Origin: Bacteroidota bacterium | Lineage (GTDB): Bacteria > Bacteroidota > Bacteroidia > AKYH767-A > 2013-40CM-41-45 | Length of the DNA stretch: 64,000 bases | Direction of reading: 5' to 3' | Assembly: GCA_046052345.1 (NCBI GenBank) | Contig: JBJOMN010000065.1 | Span: forward strand, 333 to 64,332 | Shown here: piece after piece, positions 1 to 10,339 of the stretch | Layout of the letters: each line of letters begins with the position of its first letter | Position numbering within the stretch: the first letter of the stretch is position 1 | Notes under the pieces: generated by a model | Seen by the model: only the letters and a program-made list of their open reading frames with translations | Databases searched by the model: none | Told to the model about the DNA's origin: nothing | Made by a program: the position numbers and the translations under genes

Positions 1-3000
1 AGCGGGTTGTTGGAAGCCGCGGTGATGATGGCTTCCGCCGAACGGGTGGCGTTGACGTCGTTTAGCGCGGTATTAGGTCCGATCAGGGAGATGTTCTTGC
101 CGTTAATGGTCAAGTTCTCATTATAGGTTCCTGCGCAGACGGTGATGATATCCCCGCTGGCGGCAGCATTGATAGCAGCCTGGATGGTGCCGTAACTGTT
201 GCCGGAGGTGGTATTGGTGACCGGCAGGCTCTGAACCGTGCCACCGGTGGTAGCGGTGCAGTTGTTGGCATCCTTCACCGTGACGGTGTAGGCGCCGGCC
301 GCAACACCCGAAAAGACGTTGCCGGACTGATAGTTGCTACCGCCGTCGATGCTGTACTGGAGCGTACCCGTTCCGCCACCGGCGGTGACGGTTACAGTAG
401 CGCTGCTACTGCCGCAAAGGATGGAAGTGGCGGAAGATGAGGCTGTAATTGCTGCAGGAGCCGATAAAGTTATAGGTGTCAATGACAATACACATCCGAA
501 GTCGTCCATGACATTCAGCGAATAGGTATTGGCTGCGAGGCTGCTGAACACATTTCCGGATTGATACGTTCCGCCGTTGATGTTGAAGGTTAACGGAGCT
601 GTACCGCCGGAAGCGGTGACAGTGATTTCACCGTCGGTTGCCGAAGCGCAGCTGATATCAGCACCATTATAGGATTTTTTGGCCGCGGATGCGGTAATCT
701 CGGGATTGATGCCGAGGGTGATGGTGCTCGCAATCGACTCGCAGGCCACACCATCGTCCGGTGTGAGCGTCAGGTCAACAGTTCCTGCCGCAAGATCATT
801 CGTTCCCGGCGTGTAGGTGGTAGAGGGGTCTGTCGCGTCCGCGAATGTTCCGTCTCCCGAGGTCGTCCAGGTTCCCGTAGTGACGGGACCGGTTATCGAG
901 CCGGACAGGATGGCATCAGCGCCATAGCAGATACGTTGGTCCGTGCCTGCATCGGCCACGGAATGCATATCCACCTCAATATCTACCGAGCCGGTAGCAG
1001 CAGGACAGACGTTTGAGGCGGGCTGGGTGGTTGTAAATACGAGTGTGACAGTCGTTCCTCCCTCAAGGGACGTCGGCGAATATTCCGCATTGGTAGTTGT
1101 TCTATCGGGTGAAAAAGTTCCGGCACCTCCTGACCATGTTCCGCCGATGGCGCTTCCTTCCAGGAAAGCATCGAGTGTGACACTTCCGTCTTCACAAACA
1201 GATAAAGGCCCTTCGATGACGGTCACACCGGGAAGTTCGTCAATGGTCAGCACTACCTCATCGTAAACCGCGTAACAGCCTGCTGAGGCGTCCGAAGTAA
1301 GAGTCAGCGTTACCGTGCTGCCTGCTTCTCCGGCATCAGGAGTATATTCCGCGCCTAACAGTGTCGGGTCGTCGAATGCTCCCGATCCGCCTGACCAATC
1401 GCCTGTCGAGACCAGTCCATTGACAGAGCCGCCCAATATTACCGATCCGTTTTCACAAACATGAATGTCTGAACCTGCCGATACGATGGTCTCAACGATT
1501 GTCAATGTCACATCATCCGTGAAGGTGGTACATGTAGCCGCCACCAGTGTCAATATCACCTGCTGGCCCGATTCGGACCGGGCAGGAATATAAACCGCGT
1601 TGAGCGTATTCCGGTTGGGCACGAATGTGCCTGTTCCTCCCGACCAGCTTCCGCTCGTTATCGAACCTGTCACTGAACCACCAAGGGTGATTTCACCGGG
1701 ATTGCAAACATCTGCATCCGTTCCGGCATTGACGGTAGGTGCATTGGGTTGGGTGATGGAGTAACTGGCGGATGCAGTCACCCCGCAATTGTCGCTCACA
1801 GTCACCGAATAGTTTCCGGCTGAAAGTCCGCTGATGTCCTGAGTGGTCGCGCCGGTGCTCCAGAGATACGAGTACGGTGGCACCCCGCCGGACGCGGTAA
1901 GGTCGATTGAACCGTCTGATCCGCCGTTGCAGGTTACATTTACCGTAGTGCCGACAGGTACGATGGCCGTTCCTCCCGTGCAGGTGCCCGCAGCCGGTTG
2001 GAAGCCGACTGCAGTGCTGTTATTATCGGTTCCGCTGGTGAGCCACGGAGTTGAAGTGGCACTTCCTACGATGTCGCCGGTTACCGGGCCGCAGTTGGCT
2101 CCCCACCAGTTGCAGGTAGCTGAGATGCTTCCGCTTCCACCGTTGTTGATGATGGCTCCGCTGACACTGCCAAAATCGTTATTGGTTACATAGATATTGG
2201 CACCATAGGTGACAGCTGCAGCCGTTGAGAAGGCCTTACCTGTGCCAGTGATGCTGAAAGAGTTGTTTTGAATGGTGGCACCGCCTGCCATTACCGAAGG
2301 AGAACCTCCTTCAAATCGGATGAGCTCGCGTGCGCCGGCATCATCGGAAGTGAAGAACTCGTTGTTGGAGATCACTACTGTTGCGGTCGGGCCGTTCATC
2401 AACAGGTTACGCTGCCCCTTCATGCCGGCAAACTTGTTTCCGTTAATGTTGAGGTTTTGAGACCAGAGCTGCGTGGTGATGCCTGCAAAACCGGAACCGG
2501 TTCCGGTGGCGGTGAAGCTGTTGTAGTTGATGTTTCCTGAAATATGCGGGGTGCCGCTCAGTGTGGCTGAGGAACCGCCCAGCCATACATATCGCTTGGT
2601 TCCTGTTGAGCTGCTGGAGATCTCAAGGATGTTGTTCAAGATATTGCTTTGCGTGGCGCCGCTGGCCCAGATGATGTTGCCTTGGTTGGGTGCGCTGCCG
2701 GGAGAAGTATAATCCGCCCCCACCAACTTGAAACCATCAACGGTGTATCCGGTCACGCTGCCGCCCACGGTGATGAGCGAAGTAGTGGCGGAAGCTGACG
2801 TGATGATGGCTTCTGCCGAACGTGTTGCATTGACGTCATTCAATCCGGTATTCGGCCCGCGCAGAATGAGATTGTTGACGCTGATGGACAGGTTCTCCGA
2901 ATAGGTTCCCGCATCCACATAAATGATGTCGCTTGCGGTTGCCAGCGTTATCGCCTGTCCGATCGTAAGTAACGGATCGGAGGTGGTCAGGCCGGTATTG

Positions 3001-3173
3001 GAATTGTTGCCGATGGCCGACGTATAAACATCACCGCTTTGAGAGCCGTCATTCACATAATAGGTCGTCGCTCGGGCGCCGGCGGGAAGGAGCGGAAGCA
3101 GCAAAAGCAGTCCTTTGGTGATTGCTTTAACGATCGAATTTGAACGGATTGAATTGGAGTACGCGTGTAGCAT
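1..3173 (-). CDS. Secreted right-handed beta-helix / Ig-like repeat surface protein; N-terminal ~1057 codons only, ORF runs off the left edge
   Basis: Absent from the ORF track because no stop lies in the window. Hand translation of the minus strand from ATG (3173-3171) gives MLHAYSNSIRSNSIVKAITKGLLLLLPLLPAGARATTYYVNDGSQSGDVYTSAIGNNSNTGLTTSDPLLTIGQAITLATASDIIYVDAGTYSENL. That is a signal peptide plus the same beta-helix head motif as the neighbouring 1586-aa protein. The same frame still reads as coding at 239-3 (..GTIQAAINAASGDIITVCAGTYNENLTINGKNISLIGPNTALNDVNATRSAEAIITAASNNP). I did not translate every codon in between. The only competing minus-strand ORF listed there is 983..1195. Confidence 0.75.
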   Translation of the reverse strand, partial: MLHAYSNSIRSNSIVKAITKGLLLLLPLLPAGARATTYYVNDGSQSGDVYTSAIGNNSNTGLTTSDPLLTIGQAITLATASDIIYVDAGTYSENLSISVNNLILRGPNTGLNDVNATRSAEAIITSASATTSLITVGGSVTGYTVDGFKLVGADYTSPGSAPNQGNIIWASGATQSNILNNILEISSSSTGTKRYVWLGGSSATLSGTPHISGNINYNSFTATGTGSGFAGITTQLWSQNLNINGNKFAGMKGQRNLLMNGPTATVVISNNEFFTSDDAGARELIRFEGGSPSVMAGGATIQNNSFSITGTGKAFSTAAAVTYGANIYVTNNDFGSVSGAIINNGGSGSISATCNWWGANCGPVTGDIVGSATSTPWLTSGTDNNSTAVGFQPAAGTCTGGTAIVPVGTTVNVTCNGGSDGSIDLTASGGVPPYSYLWSTGATTQDISGLSAGNYSVTVSDNCGVTASASYSITQPNAPTVNAGTDADVCNPGEITLGGSVTGSITSGSWSGGTGTFVPNRNTLNAVYIPARSESGQQVILTLVAATCTTFTDDVTLTIVETIVSAGSDIHVCENGSVILGGSVNGLVSTGDWSGGSGAFDDPTLLGAEYTPDAGEAGSTVTLTLTSDASAGCYAVYDEVVLTIDELPGVTVIEGPLSVCEDGSVTLDAFLEGSAIGGTWSGGAGTFSPDRTTTNAEYSPTSLEGGTTVTLVFTTTQPASNVCPAATGSVDIEVDMHSVADAGTDQRICYGADAILSGSITGPVTTGTWTTSGDGTFADATDPSTTYTPGTNDLAAGTVDLTLTPDDGVACESIASTITLGINPEITASAAKKSYNGADISCASATDGEITVTASGGTAPLTFNINGGTYQSGNVFSSLAANTYSLNVMDDFGCVLSLTPITLSAPAAITASSSATSILCGSSSATVTVTAGGGTGTLQYSIDGGSNYQSGNVFSGVAAGAYTVTVKDANNCTATTGGTVQSLPVTNTTSGNSYGTIQAAINAAASGDIITVCAGTYNENLTINGKNISLIGPNTALNDVNATRSAEAIITAASNNP

Positions 3174-3500
3174 GTTATAGGGTTTTGTTGATTGCTGTTT
3201 CCTGAGATGGTAATGTGTCACTTATACACATTAAAATGTGTCATAATTCCATACGTTTCTTGCAATTATATAGGTGAAAATACCCAATTAAAATGACATT
3301 AATCAGCGAAATTCCTGATTCAGGAAAGTTTAGATGCTTTCGATGAATTGTAAAACACTGAAAATAAATAGTTATAACGATTCCAATCAAAAAATAAATC
3401 CCTGATTTTCCCGGAGTTGCTTACACTTTTTTCATTTTCGGGAATAATATTTCATATATAATTGAAAAACAGTGTAATAGTTGAAAATACCGCATTCTGT

Positions 3501-3534
3501 AAACAGAAAAGGCGGCCACTGATCAGCGACCGCC
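3501..3534 (-). terminator. Rho-independent terminator of the 3561..8321 gene
   Basis: On the minus strand, just after the stop: GGCGGTCGCTGATCAGTGGCCGCC (imperfect GC-rich hairpin, 3534-3511) followed by TTTTCTGTTT (3510-3501). Confidence 0.6.
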
Positions 3535-3560
3535 TTCTCTTTGGAAAATCGAGTTCAATA

Positions 3561-6500
3561 TCAATGTACGATGAGCCGTACCACGTCGATTCGGCTACCC
3601 TGTTTGAGAATTATCTGGAAACATCCGGATGGCAGTTCGTCGATGTCTTCCTCAATTACCAACCGGCTCCCTTCGGATGCAAGCTGCCTACTGTGAAGCA
3701 AACGACCGGTCATATCCATGATCTCCATCCGTCCTTCACGGCCTGCTTCCCAACCTGAAATGTCCACGGTTACTCGACCTGAAGCAGGGTTGGGATAGAC
3801 CCTCACTTCCTGAAATTCCGATCCCGTGTTATCGGTTTGTGCGATAGCTACAGGATTTTCGCTGTTACGCAGCAACGCGACGGAGGATACCATGCTGATT
3901 CCGGTCGAATTCAGGTTGCCGGAGTTCAGCGCAAAGGAGGTCCGTGCATTCAGTCCGACCGTATTGTTGGCCGTAAACAGGTTTCCGATTTCGTAATCCA
4001 ATGACTGATCTGTTCCGCGGTCCGTTATCCGAAGATACGGACCATCCGCCACCAATCCTGTAACCGTCACGACCGTCGCTCCGGAAGTCGATTGCAGAGG
4101 CCTTGATTTCATCGAAGGGCCGGTAGCCGTAATGCCCGAAGACGCAATCACAGCCGGATATTTGAAGATTGTTTTCGGAATGCTGTTGTCGAGCACATAG
4201 AAGGCGCTTGTCTTTAGGTCATATGTGAATGCCTCCGCATTGATGTTCAGCGAAGCAAGATTGAACTTTTCGAGCGCAGGATAGACCGAGGTTCCCGTGA
4301 ACGCATCCGCCAGGTCGTAACGGTATATCGCCTTGGCATTCTTGTCGACGACCATCAGGTCCTTGCCCAGCACATAAATCCCTGTCAACTGACTGAGCCC
4401 CTGACCGCTTGTATTCCGCAGACTGCGGGAAACCGACAAAGTTGCTCCCGGGCCGTTGCTTGCATAAACACGTTTGCTGTTCCCGTCAAGTATGTATATC
4501 CTGTTACCTGCGACGCAAATATCTTCGGCATTGGCGGATCCGTTCGCAGTAGGAGCGGCAAGCGGTGCGCTGCGTATCAGGTTGAAAGCTCCGCTGTAAT
4601 AATAGACCTTGTTGGCGGTCACGTCCGATACGATATACCTGACATCCGCGGGGTACGCTGGAACGTAGATCACGTTGGAGGCTGCCGGCTGGGGTAACGC
4701 GCAAACGATACTTGAAGTCATTTCGCACCGCACAGCCGTGGTATCCGTCCAAAGTGAGTCCGTATAAACCGGGCTGTTTGAACCGACAATCGTTCCGTTG
4801 CGCAGCCAGCGATAGGTCGGTGCTATTCCCCCGTTCACCGGGACAGCGGTGAAGGTGACAACCGTGTTGCTGCCGACGGGTCCGCTCGGATTCGCTGTGA
4901 TGCTGACGGAAGAGGTCACGTTGGGAAGTACCGTGACAGAGACCGGAGCTGATACAGCGGTACAACCGTTGATATCGGCTACCTGAACGTCATAGGTCCA
5001 GGTTCCGGGATAACCGATGCTGATACACGGACCGATCGATTCATCGCTCCAAAAATAGCTGAGCTCTCCGGTTGAACGGGAGGTCTCCGCACACAGCTCG
5101 ATGAAAGAACCCTGACATACCGTGTCGGACGGGGCAACCGTCACTGAAACGGAGAGAATATTTGGCGCTGTTATAGTCAATGTGTCCAGGATCTTATCAC
5201 AACCCGGGAAGCGCGCATCCCGTATGCGAAGCACGTAGTCGCCGGCACTCAGCCCGGTGAAAACAGGCGAGGATTGCCAAGTGGCGCCCTGATAAGCCAC
5301 CGAGTATTCATAATATCCGGACCCCCCCGATCCGTTCGAAAAGGATATTGAACCGTCCTGTCTGCCGAAGCAGGTCACGTCGGTCCGGTCGACGTCGGCT
5401 GAATAGCCGGCAGGGTCGAATATTTCCAGTTCAAGCGTTTCAGTAATGCAATCGTGAACGTAAGTATAGGTACCCGATGCCGTGTACGTCTGACCGTCCG
5501 CCAGCCAGAAATAACTGAAGCAAGCCGTATCCAGTGTGAGCACCGTGGAAACCGGGATGATCGTGATGTGCGCAGTCGACGGGACCGGAATACAGGCGTT
5601 ACTGATGTCGGGTGTAAGGGTAAGGGCAACTCCTCCGGCCGAAATGTCTGCCGGGGAAGGAACGTAGGTCGTGACACCGGAGGTGGGATCTGCGAACGTG
5701 CCGCTTCCGGTGGTGCTCCAGGTACCAGTGGTGGACGAGCCGCTGATGCTTCCGTTCAGGGAAATCGTACTTCCGGCACAGACTGTCTGGTCGGAGCCTG
5801 CATCAGCCGTCGATTCCTCGTCGATGGTAAGCAGTACATCATCGGTTACCGAGTAGCATCCGTTCAAAGGATCCGAATGCAAGGTGAGTGTAACAGTCGG
5901 AGGATCGGCAGGTCCCGGATGGTATTCTGCATTGAGGTCGAAGGCACTCGGCGAAAAACTGCCGCTCCCGTTGGTTGTCCAATATCCGGTCGTCACCAGT
6001 CCGTCGATGAAGCCGTCGGTCTGATAAGCGCCCGATATGCAGACCGATCCTCCCGGTCCTGCATCTACCAATGTACCCACCACCGAAAATACCACCTGAT
6101 CGGTGGCATCGGGACAGGTAGAGTTGATCTCGGCCGTCTGAAGCGTCAGGGTGACGTTACCTCCGACTTCCGAAGCAGCCGGCTCATAGGTGGCGGTTAG
6201 GCTGAAGCGGTCCGGAACGAAGGTGCCGGATCCCCCCAGCCACTCACCGAGGCCGTTTGTAGAGGAGACCGTGCCGTTGAGCTGTGCCGGAGCGCCCGGG
6301 AAGCAGATATGTCCGTCCGCGCCTGCATCTGCGCGCGGCAGCGGATCGATGGTCAGTATCAATGTCAGGGTGCTGTCACATCCGTTCAGGCCAGGTACGA
6401 CGGCAGAGTAGGTCCCGGACCGGTCGTAGGTGATACCGTCGGCCCACCAGAGGTAATGGTCGCAGGCGGTGACCGTATCGGCGGATTCCAGCGGATCGGG

Positions 6501-8321
6501 TTCCTCTATGCTGATCGTATCACTTACCGTTGAACCGTTGTCGTCCGTTACCAAAACGGTATAAGTGCCCGCGAGGAGATCGGTCCGGTGTTGCAGGGTA
6601 TTTCCATCGCTCCAGAGATAACTGTACGGAAGGCTTCCTCCGGAAGGGTTTACCATCGCTTCCCCGCTGGCGGTTCCAAAGCACAGGGCGTCATGGGCGG
6701 TGTGGCTCACGGTGACCGGTGTTCCGGAACAGGAGGCTGAAGGCTGGAATCCGATTGAAACGCTGGTATCCGAACCGCTGATCAGCCAGGGCGTGAAGAG
6801 GACCGGCCCGGTGAGGAGTTGTTGTATCGATTGATAGGCTCCGGTACCGAACCAGTTGCAGGTACCGGCCACGGAAGCGCCCCCGTTTGCAAGAAGAAAA
6901 GCCATACCTCCGTTACCGGGTATCAGCGAATTTTCCGTGCAGGTTACAACGGCGCCCGGATGTATAGGAGCTGCGGAAAGTGTATTCTCGTCAAAGAGGC
7001 TGACGCAATCTCTGAATCCGTGAATACGGTTGTTTCTTGCCGTGAGGTTTCCGGTAAATAAACCGGTAACGGTCGAAGCGATATCAGAAACCATATGAAT
7101 ACCGGTCATTGCGGGCCCCGTAATGCCTGAAAAGACGTTGTGTCCGTTTCCAAGTATGTCGTTCGAGCTAATGCCCACTTTGCCGACGTCACCTGATAAA
7201 CGAATGCCGGATGCGCTGAACCTGAGTGTATCCAGCGTTCCGCTCCGTAACAGCTCTAGTACGTTTCCGGAGATCAGGTTAGATGTGTTGGCTGACAGAT
7301 TCCGGACATTTACCACATCGACAATACCGACGTTCTCGTTCATGGAGGACACGTCGATACTCATGGCGTTATCCAGTACATTCAGCGATAAGGTGACGGC
7401 TGATGTTTTCAGTGCCTTGACGCACGGACGGTATCCTGTAAGGATATTGCCGGAAACCGTCACGGACTGGGTTGCGCTGAAAGTCGTTTGAATTTGTACC
7501 GCGGTGGAGTCGGAATTGGAAATCCTGTTGTCGGCAACGACCCATGTCCCGATTCCGTCCAGTTCTACAGCGAATTTACGGCTGCGGTCGATGTAATTAC
7601 CGGCGACAGTTCCGTTCTCACACCTTCTCAGGGTCACAGTAGAGATATTCAGAAGGTTCCCCGAACCGCCCCTGTTGTTGTTCTCGAACCGGTTGTCCCG
7701 GATCACCAGTCCGACCGCATAGGAAGTTCCTGTGACCCCGCCGGAGAAACGGACCGGAAACGAGTTAGGATTATTGCTGATGATGTTATTCCGTATCGTG
7801 CAATTTCGGAAAGGGTACCCCGTCGAAGCGCCGGAAATACCTGAACCACCCTGTCCGCATCCGGTGATCTTGAATCCTGCCACCGTGACGTCGTTCGCTT
7901 TTACCACGAACACATTGCCGTTGAAGGTCACCACCGACTCGGTGTTCCTGGACGGATTGGCCAGCCAGGAAGACAGATTCGGATTGGTAGTCGCATTGGC
8001 ACCGAGTACCACTAATGATTTATCGATGATCACGGAAGAAGTAAGGGTATAATTTCCGGCATCTACATACACCGTATCGCCGGCACTGGCAGTTGTGACC
8101 GCCTGACTGATGGCAGCAAAAGGTGAAGCGGATGTTCCGGAATTGGTGGAACTTCCAAAGGCCGTCGTGTAGGTATCCCCCGAGGGATCGTTATCATTCA
8201 CATACCACGAACCGGCCCTGGCCACCGGCACACAAAGTGTGCAAAGGGCGATCAGGCTGATCAGTGAACTGAATGAATGAAAAAGAGGTTTTAAACCGTC
8301 AAAGGTTGAGCGCAATTTCAT
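3561..8321 (-). CDS. Giant T9SS-secreted surface protein: signal peptide, right-handed beta-helix, SprB-type/Ig-like repeats, propeller-like region, T9SS C-terminal sorting domain
   Basis: 1586-aa ORF. N-terminal hydrophobic leader, then GSWYVNDNDPSGDTYTTAFGSSTNSGTSASPFAAISQAVTTASAGDTVYVDAGNYTL (beta-helix head). SprB-like repeat ALCFGTASGEAMVNPSGGSLPYSYLWSDGNT. Repeated ..YVLD..K.IY.Y.. segments. The C-terminus VRVYPNPASGRVTVDISG...VVRLIVH is typical of T9SS type-A sorting domains. Confidence 0.9.
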   Translation of the reverse strand: MKLRSTFDGLKPLFHSFSSLISLIALCTLCVPVARAGSWYVNDNDPSGDTYTTAFGSSTNSGTSASPFAAISQAVTTASAGDTVYVDAGNYTLTSSVIIDKSLVVLGANATTNPNLSSWLANPSRNTESVVTFNGNVFVVKANDVTVAGFKITGCGQGGSGISGASTGYPFRNCTIRNNIISNNPNSFPVRFSGGVTGTSYAVGLVIRDNRFENNNRGGSGNLLNISTVTLRRCENGTVAGNYIDRSRKFAVELDGIGTWVVADNRISNSDSTAVQIQTTFSATQSVTVSGNILTGYRPCVKALKTSAVTLSLNVLDNAMSIDVSSMNENVGIVDVVNVRNLSANTSNLISGNVLELLRSGTLDTLRFSASGIRLSGDVGKVGISSNDILGNGHNVFSGITGPAMTGIHMVSDIASTVTGLFTGNLTARNNRIHGFRDCVSLFDENTLSAAPIHPGAVVTCTENSLIPGNGGMAFLLANGGASVAGTCNWFGTGAYQSIQQLLTGPVLFTPWLISGSDTSVSIGFQPSASCSGTPVTVSHTAHDALCFGTASGEAMVNPSGGSLPYSYLWSDGNTLQHRTDLLAGTYTVLVTDDNGSTVSDTISIEEPDPLESADTVTACDHYLWWADGITYDRSGTYSAVVPGLNGCDSTLTLILTIDPLPRADAGADGHICFPGAPAQLNGTVSSTNGLGEWLGGSGTFVPDRFSLTATYEPAASEVGGNVTLTLQTAEINSTCPDATDQVVFSVVGTLVDAGPGGSVCISGAYQTDGFIDGLVTTGYWTTNGSGSFSPSAFDLNAEYHPGPADPPTVTLTLHSDPLNGCYSVTDDVLLTIDEESTADAGSDQTVCAGSTISLNGSISGSSTTGTWSTTGSGTFADPTSGVTTYVPSPADISAGGVALTLTPDISNACIPVPSTAHITIIPVSTVLTLDTACFSYFWLADGQTYTASGTYTYVHDCITETLELEIFDPAGYSADVDRTDVTCFGRQDGSISFSNGSGGSGYYEYSVAYQGATWQSSPVFTGLSAGDYVLRIRDARFPGCDKILDTLTITAPNILSVSVTVAPSDTVCQGSFIELCAETSRSTGELSYFWSDESIGPCISIGYPGTWTYDVQVADINGCTAVSAPVSVTVLPNVTSSVSITANPSGPVGSNTVVTFTAVPVNGGIAPTYRWLRNGTIVGSNSPVYTDSLWTDTTAVRCEMTSSIVCALPQPAASNVIYVPAYPADVRYIVSDVTANKVYYYSGAFNLIRSAPLAAPTANGSANAEDICVAGNRIYILDGNSKRVYASNGPGATLSVSRSLRNTSGQGLSQLTGIYVLGKDLMVVDKNAKAIYRYDLADAFTGTSVYPALEKFNLASLNINAEAFTYDLKTSAFYVLDNSIPKTIFKYPAVIASSGITATGPSMKSRPLQSTSGATVVTVTGLVADGPYLRITDRGTDQSLDYEIGNLFTANNTVGLNARTSFALNSGNLNSTGISMVSSVALLRNSENPVAIAQTDNTGSEFQEVRVYPNPASGRVTVDISGWEAGREGRMEIMDMTGRLLHSRQLASEGSRLVIEEDIDELPSGCFQIILKQGSRIDVVRLIVH

Positions 8322-8503
8322 GATGTAGTAGGTATGGAAGGTTATTAGTAAAGATTGATTACAGGCTTTCCAAAAATAGGAAAATCAATGAATGCCGGAA
8401 ACGGATCTTATAAAAAACACCAAAAAAGAACCTCGATTATTCAGCGCAATGATTCACGGGCAGACTTCATAGAGGCAGGTTATGTAGGCTAATTTCTGCG
8501 TTT

Positions 8504-10339
8504 TCACCACCAGAAACTGTCTTTCCAGATTTGCGAGTTTCCGCGTTCGTCGGCTACGGTCAGCTCCACTTTGTGCTCGTTGTTCAGCGGCAGACCGGCA
8601 AGATCGACCGTCACCATGCCCGACTTCGCATCGTATTCTGCCAGCACCCATTGACCGTCGATGGTCGCCGTCCAGCTCTTCAGACCGGACAGGTCGTCTT
8701 TTACGATCCATTGTGCAATACCGCCGCGATAGGTGTTCATATCCGCCGGATAATACTCCTTTGTCACTGAGGGGGCCACTGTGTCCAACAAGACATAGTA
8801 ACGACCGAACTCGCGGACCTTGGCTGTCAGGAACTCCTTATTCCATATGCCGCCTTCTGGCTGCAGGGTTCCGTCGGGCATGGCCCGGACGATCAGCGCG
8901 CGCGAACGGAGCGTGTCCGGAACCTTGGAATACGGTTTCAGCGAAATACCTATCGGAATATGGAGCGCCTCGTAACGGTCGCCGATCAGGAAAGTCGGGG
9001 AAAGCGCCTTCTCGTTACGGAACTGGTCGTCCGTGTACCAGCACTCTTCGTAAACCGCTCCGCCCGGCACCACCACATCCAGATTGTCCTTGTGTATGGC
9101 GATACCTTTGGAAGGGGAGATGAGCACGGCCTCTTCGCCGAAAGCCTGATACGGCTTGTTCGCCAGCGGCGGATAGGACTGTAGCTGGAAAAAGATCTCC
9201 GTCCGGTTACCGGCGAAATCCGTGGCCACGAAGTGAAGGTCGTGCGACTCCTCGTCGATGAACTCCATGATGCCTGTCAGCAGCGTATCGGGATAGATCT
9301 TGGTGGCATAATTACCGGCCATCCGGTAGCACCTTTCCACTCTCACACCGTCACGCTTCCGTACGGTGTAATCACCGTGGGCGTTCGCATAGCGCGACTC
9401 GTCGAAATCCAGCCGGTCGTTGACCCACTCGTAGACCTTGGTGCCGTCGACGTAAAGCGTGCCGGAATAAACTCCCAGCTCGGCCGTCCCGCTGTCCTGC
9501 AGGTCGTACACGTCAAAGCCGACGGAGATCCTCCCATAGACCTTGATATAGTCAGGTCCCGGCGTAGCTACTCCGTAGAGGGTGTCGGAGGGGAAGATCT
9601 CGAAGGTCCTGGCGGAGTCGGTCTGCTCTACGATCCCTGCCTGTAAATGCGGATAGACGCGAAGTCCCCGAAGAATAGGCTTGACGTGGTCGTTCACCGG
9701 CAGGCCGAACAGCAACGGGTTGATCGGTTGCTCCGTTTCTTCTTCCCGCATCTCGAAGTGGAGGTGCGGCCCGTCGGTATTTCCGGTGTTGCCGGACAGC
9801 GCAATCTCTTCGCCTTTTACCACCTTGAACCGGTCTTTCGCCGGAAGAAGTTCAATATCGTACGATTTTCGAGCCTGCTGCTCGGTAAGTGTGTACTGGC
9901 GAAGGTCCTCCCGGAAACTCTTCAGGTGGGCATACACGGAAACGTAACCGTTCGGATGGGTGATGTACAACACACGGCCGAAACCGGTCGGACTGACTTT
10001 GATACGTGAGACGTACCCGTCTGCTACGGCTTTCACGGACACCCCTTCCTGTTCCCCTGTACTGAAATCGACTCCGGTATGGAAATGACCGTTACGGATC
10101 TCGCCGAACGTTCCGGTCATGATCAGTGGCGTATCCAGTGGGGCTCTGAACCATCCGCCCGGGTTGTTTTGGCCGGATACCTGGATAGCGGTAATCAGCG
10201 TAAAAACCCCGATTAGCGCGGCTTTGAGGAACATGAAATCGTTCAGTAAGAGAAAAGCCGGGTATTTCGAAGGGCGGCTGGTCATAGTGCGGAGTGTGTG
10301 GGTGTACTGGATTTCAGCAAGATGGGGGAAGTGAAGCAT
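8504..10339 (-). CDS. M23 family metallopeptidase (large, membrane-anchored or secreted)
   Basis: 611-aa ORF with the M23 zinc motifs HFHTGVDF (HxxxD) and GPHLHFEM (HxH). Hydrophobic segment FLKAALIGVFTLITAIQVSG near the N-terminus. The true start may be an internal Met (MTSRP.. or MFLKA..). Confidence 0.9.
   Translation of the reverse strand: MLHFPHLAEIQYTHTLRTMTSRPSKYPAFLLLNDFMFLKAALIGVFTLITAIQVSGQNNPGGWFRAPLDTPLIMTGTFGEIRNGHFHTGVDFSTGEQEGVSVKAVADGYVSRIKVSPTGFGRVLYITHPNGYVSVYAHLKSFREDLRQYTLTEQQARKSYDIELLPAKDRFKVVKGEEIALSGNTGNTDGPHLHFEMREEETEQPINPLLFGLPVNDHVKPILRGLRVYPHLQAGIVEQTDSARTFEIFPSDTLYGVATPGPDYIKVYGRISVGFDVYDLQDSGTAELGVYSGTLYVDGTKVYEWVNDRLDFDESRYANAHGDYTVRKRDGVRVERCYRMAGNYATKIYPDTLLTGIMEFIDEESHDLHFVATDFAGNRTEIFFQLQSYPPLANKPYQAFGEEAVLISPSKGIAIHKDNLDVVVPGGAVYEECWYTDDQFRNEKALSPTFLIGDRYEALHIPIGISLKPYSKVPDTLRSRALIVRAMPDGTLQPEGGIWNKEFLTAKVREFGRYYVLLDTVAPSVTKEYYPADMNTYRGGIAQWIVKDDLSGLKSWTATIDGQWVLAEYDAKSGMVTVDLAGLPLNNEHKVELTVADERGNSQIWKDSFWW

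Noticed and set aside
3462-3758. 98-aa plus-strand ORF at the 3' end of the giant gene
   Set aside because: Its second half is antisense to the T9SS C-terminal domain coding region. Its first half covers the terminator hairpin. No motifs were seen.
4504-6200. ORFs 4504..4965 (-), 5375..5677 (-) and 5454..6200 (+) inside the 1586-aa gene
   Set aside because: They are alternate-frame or antisense ORFs rich in Arg/Gly/Cys, typical of GC-rich coding DNA read out of frame. The main frame is continuous with coherent domains.
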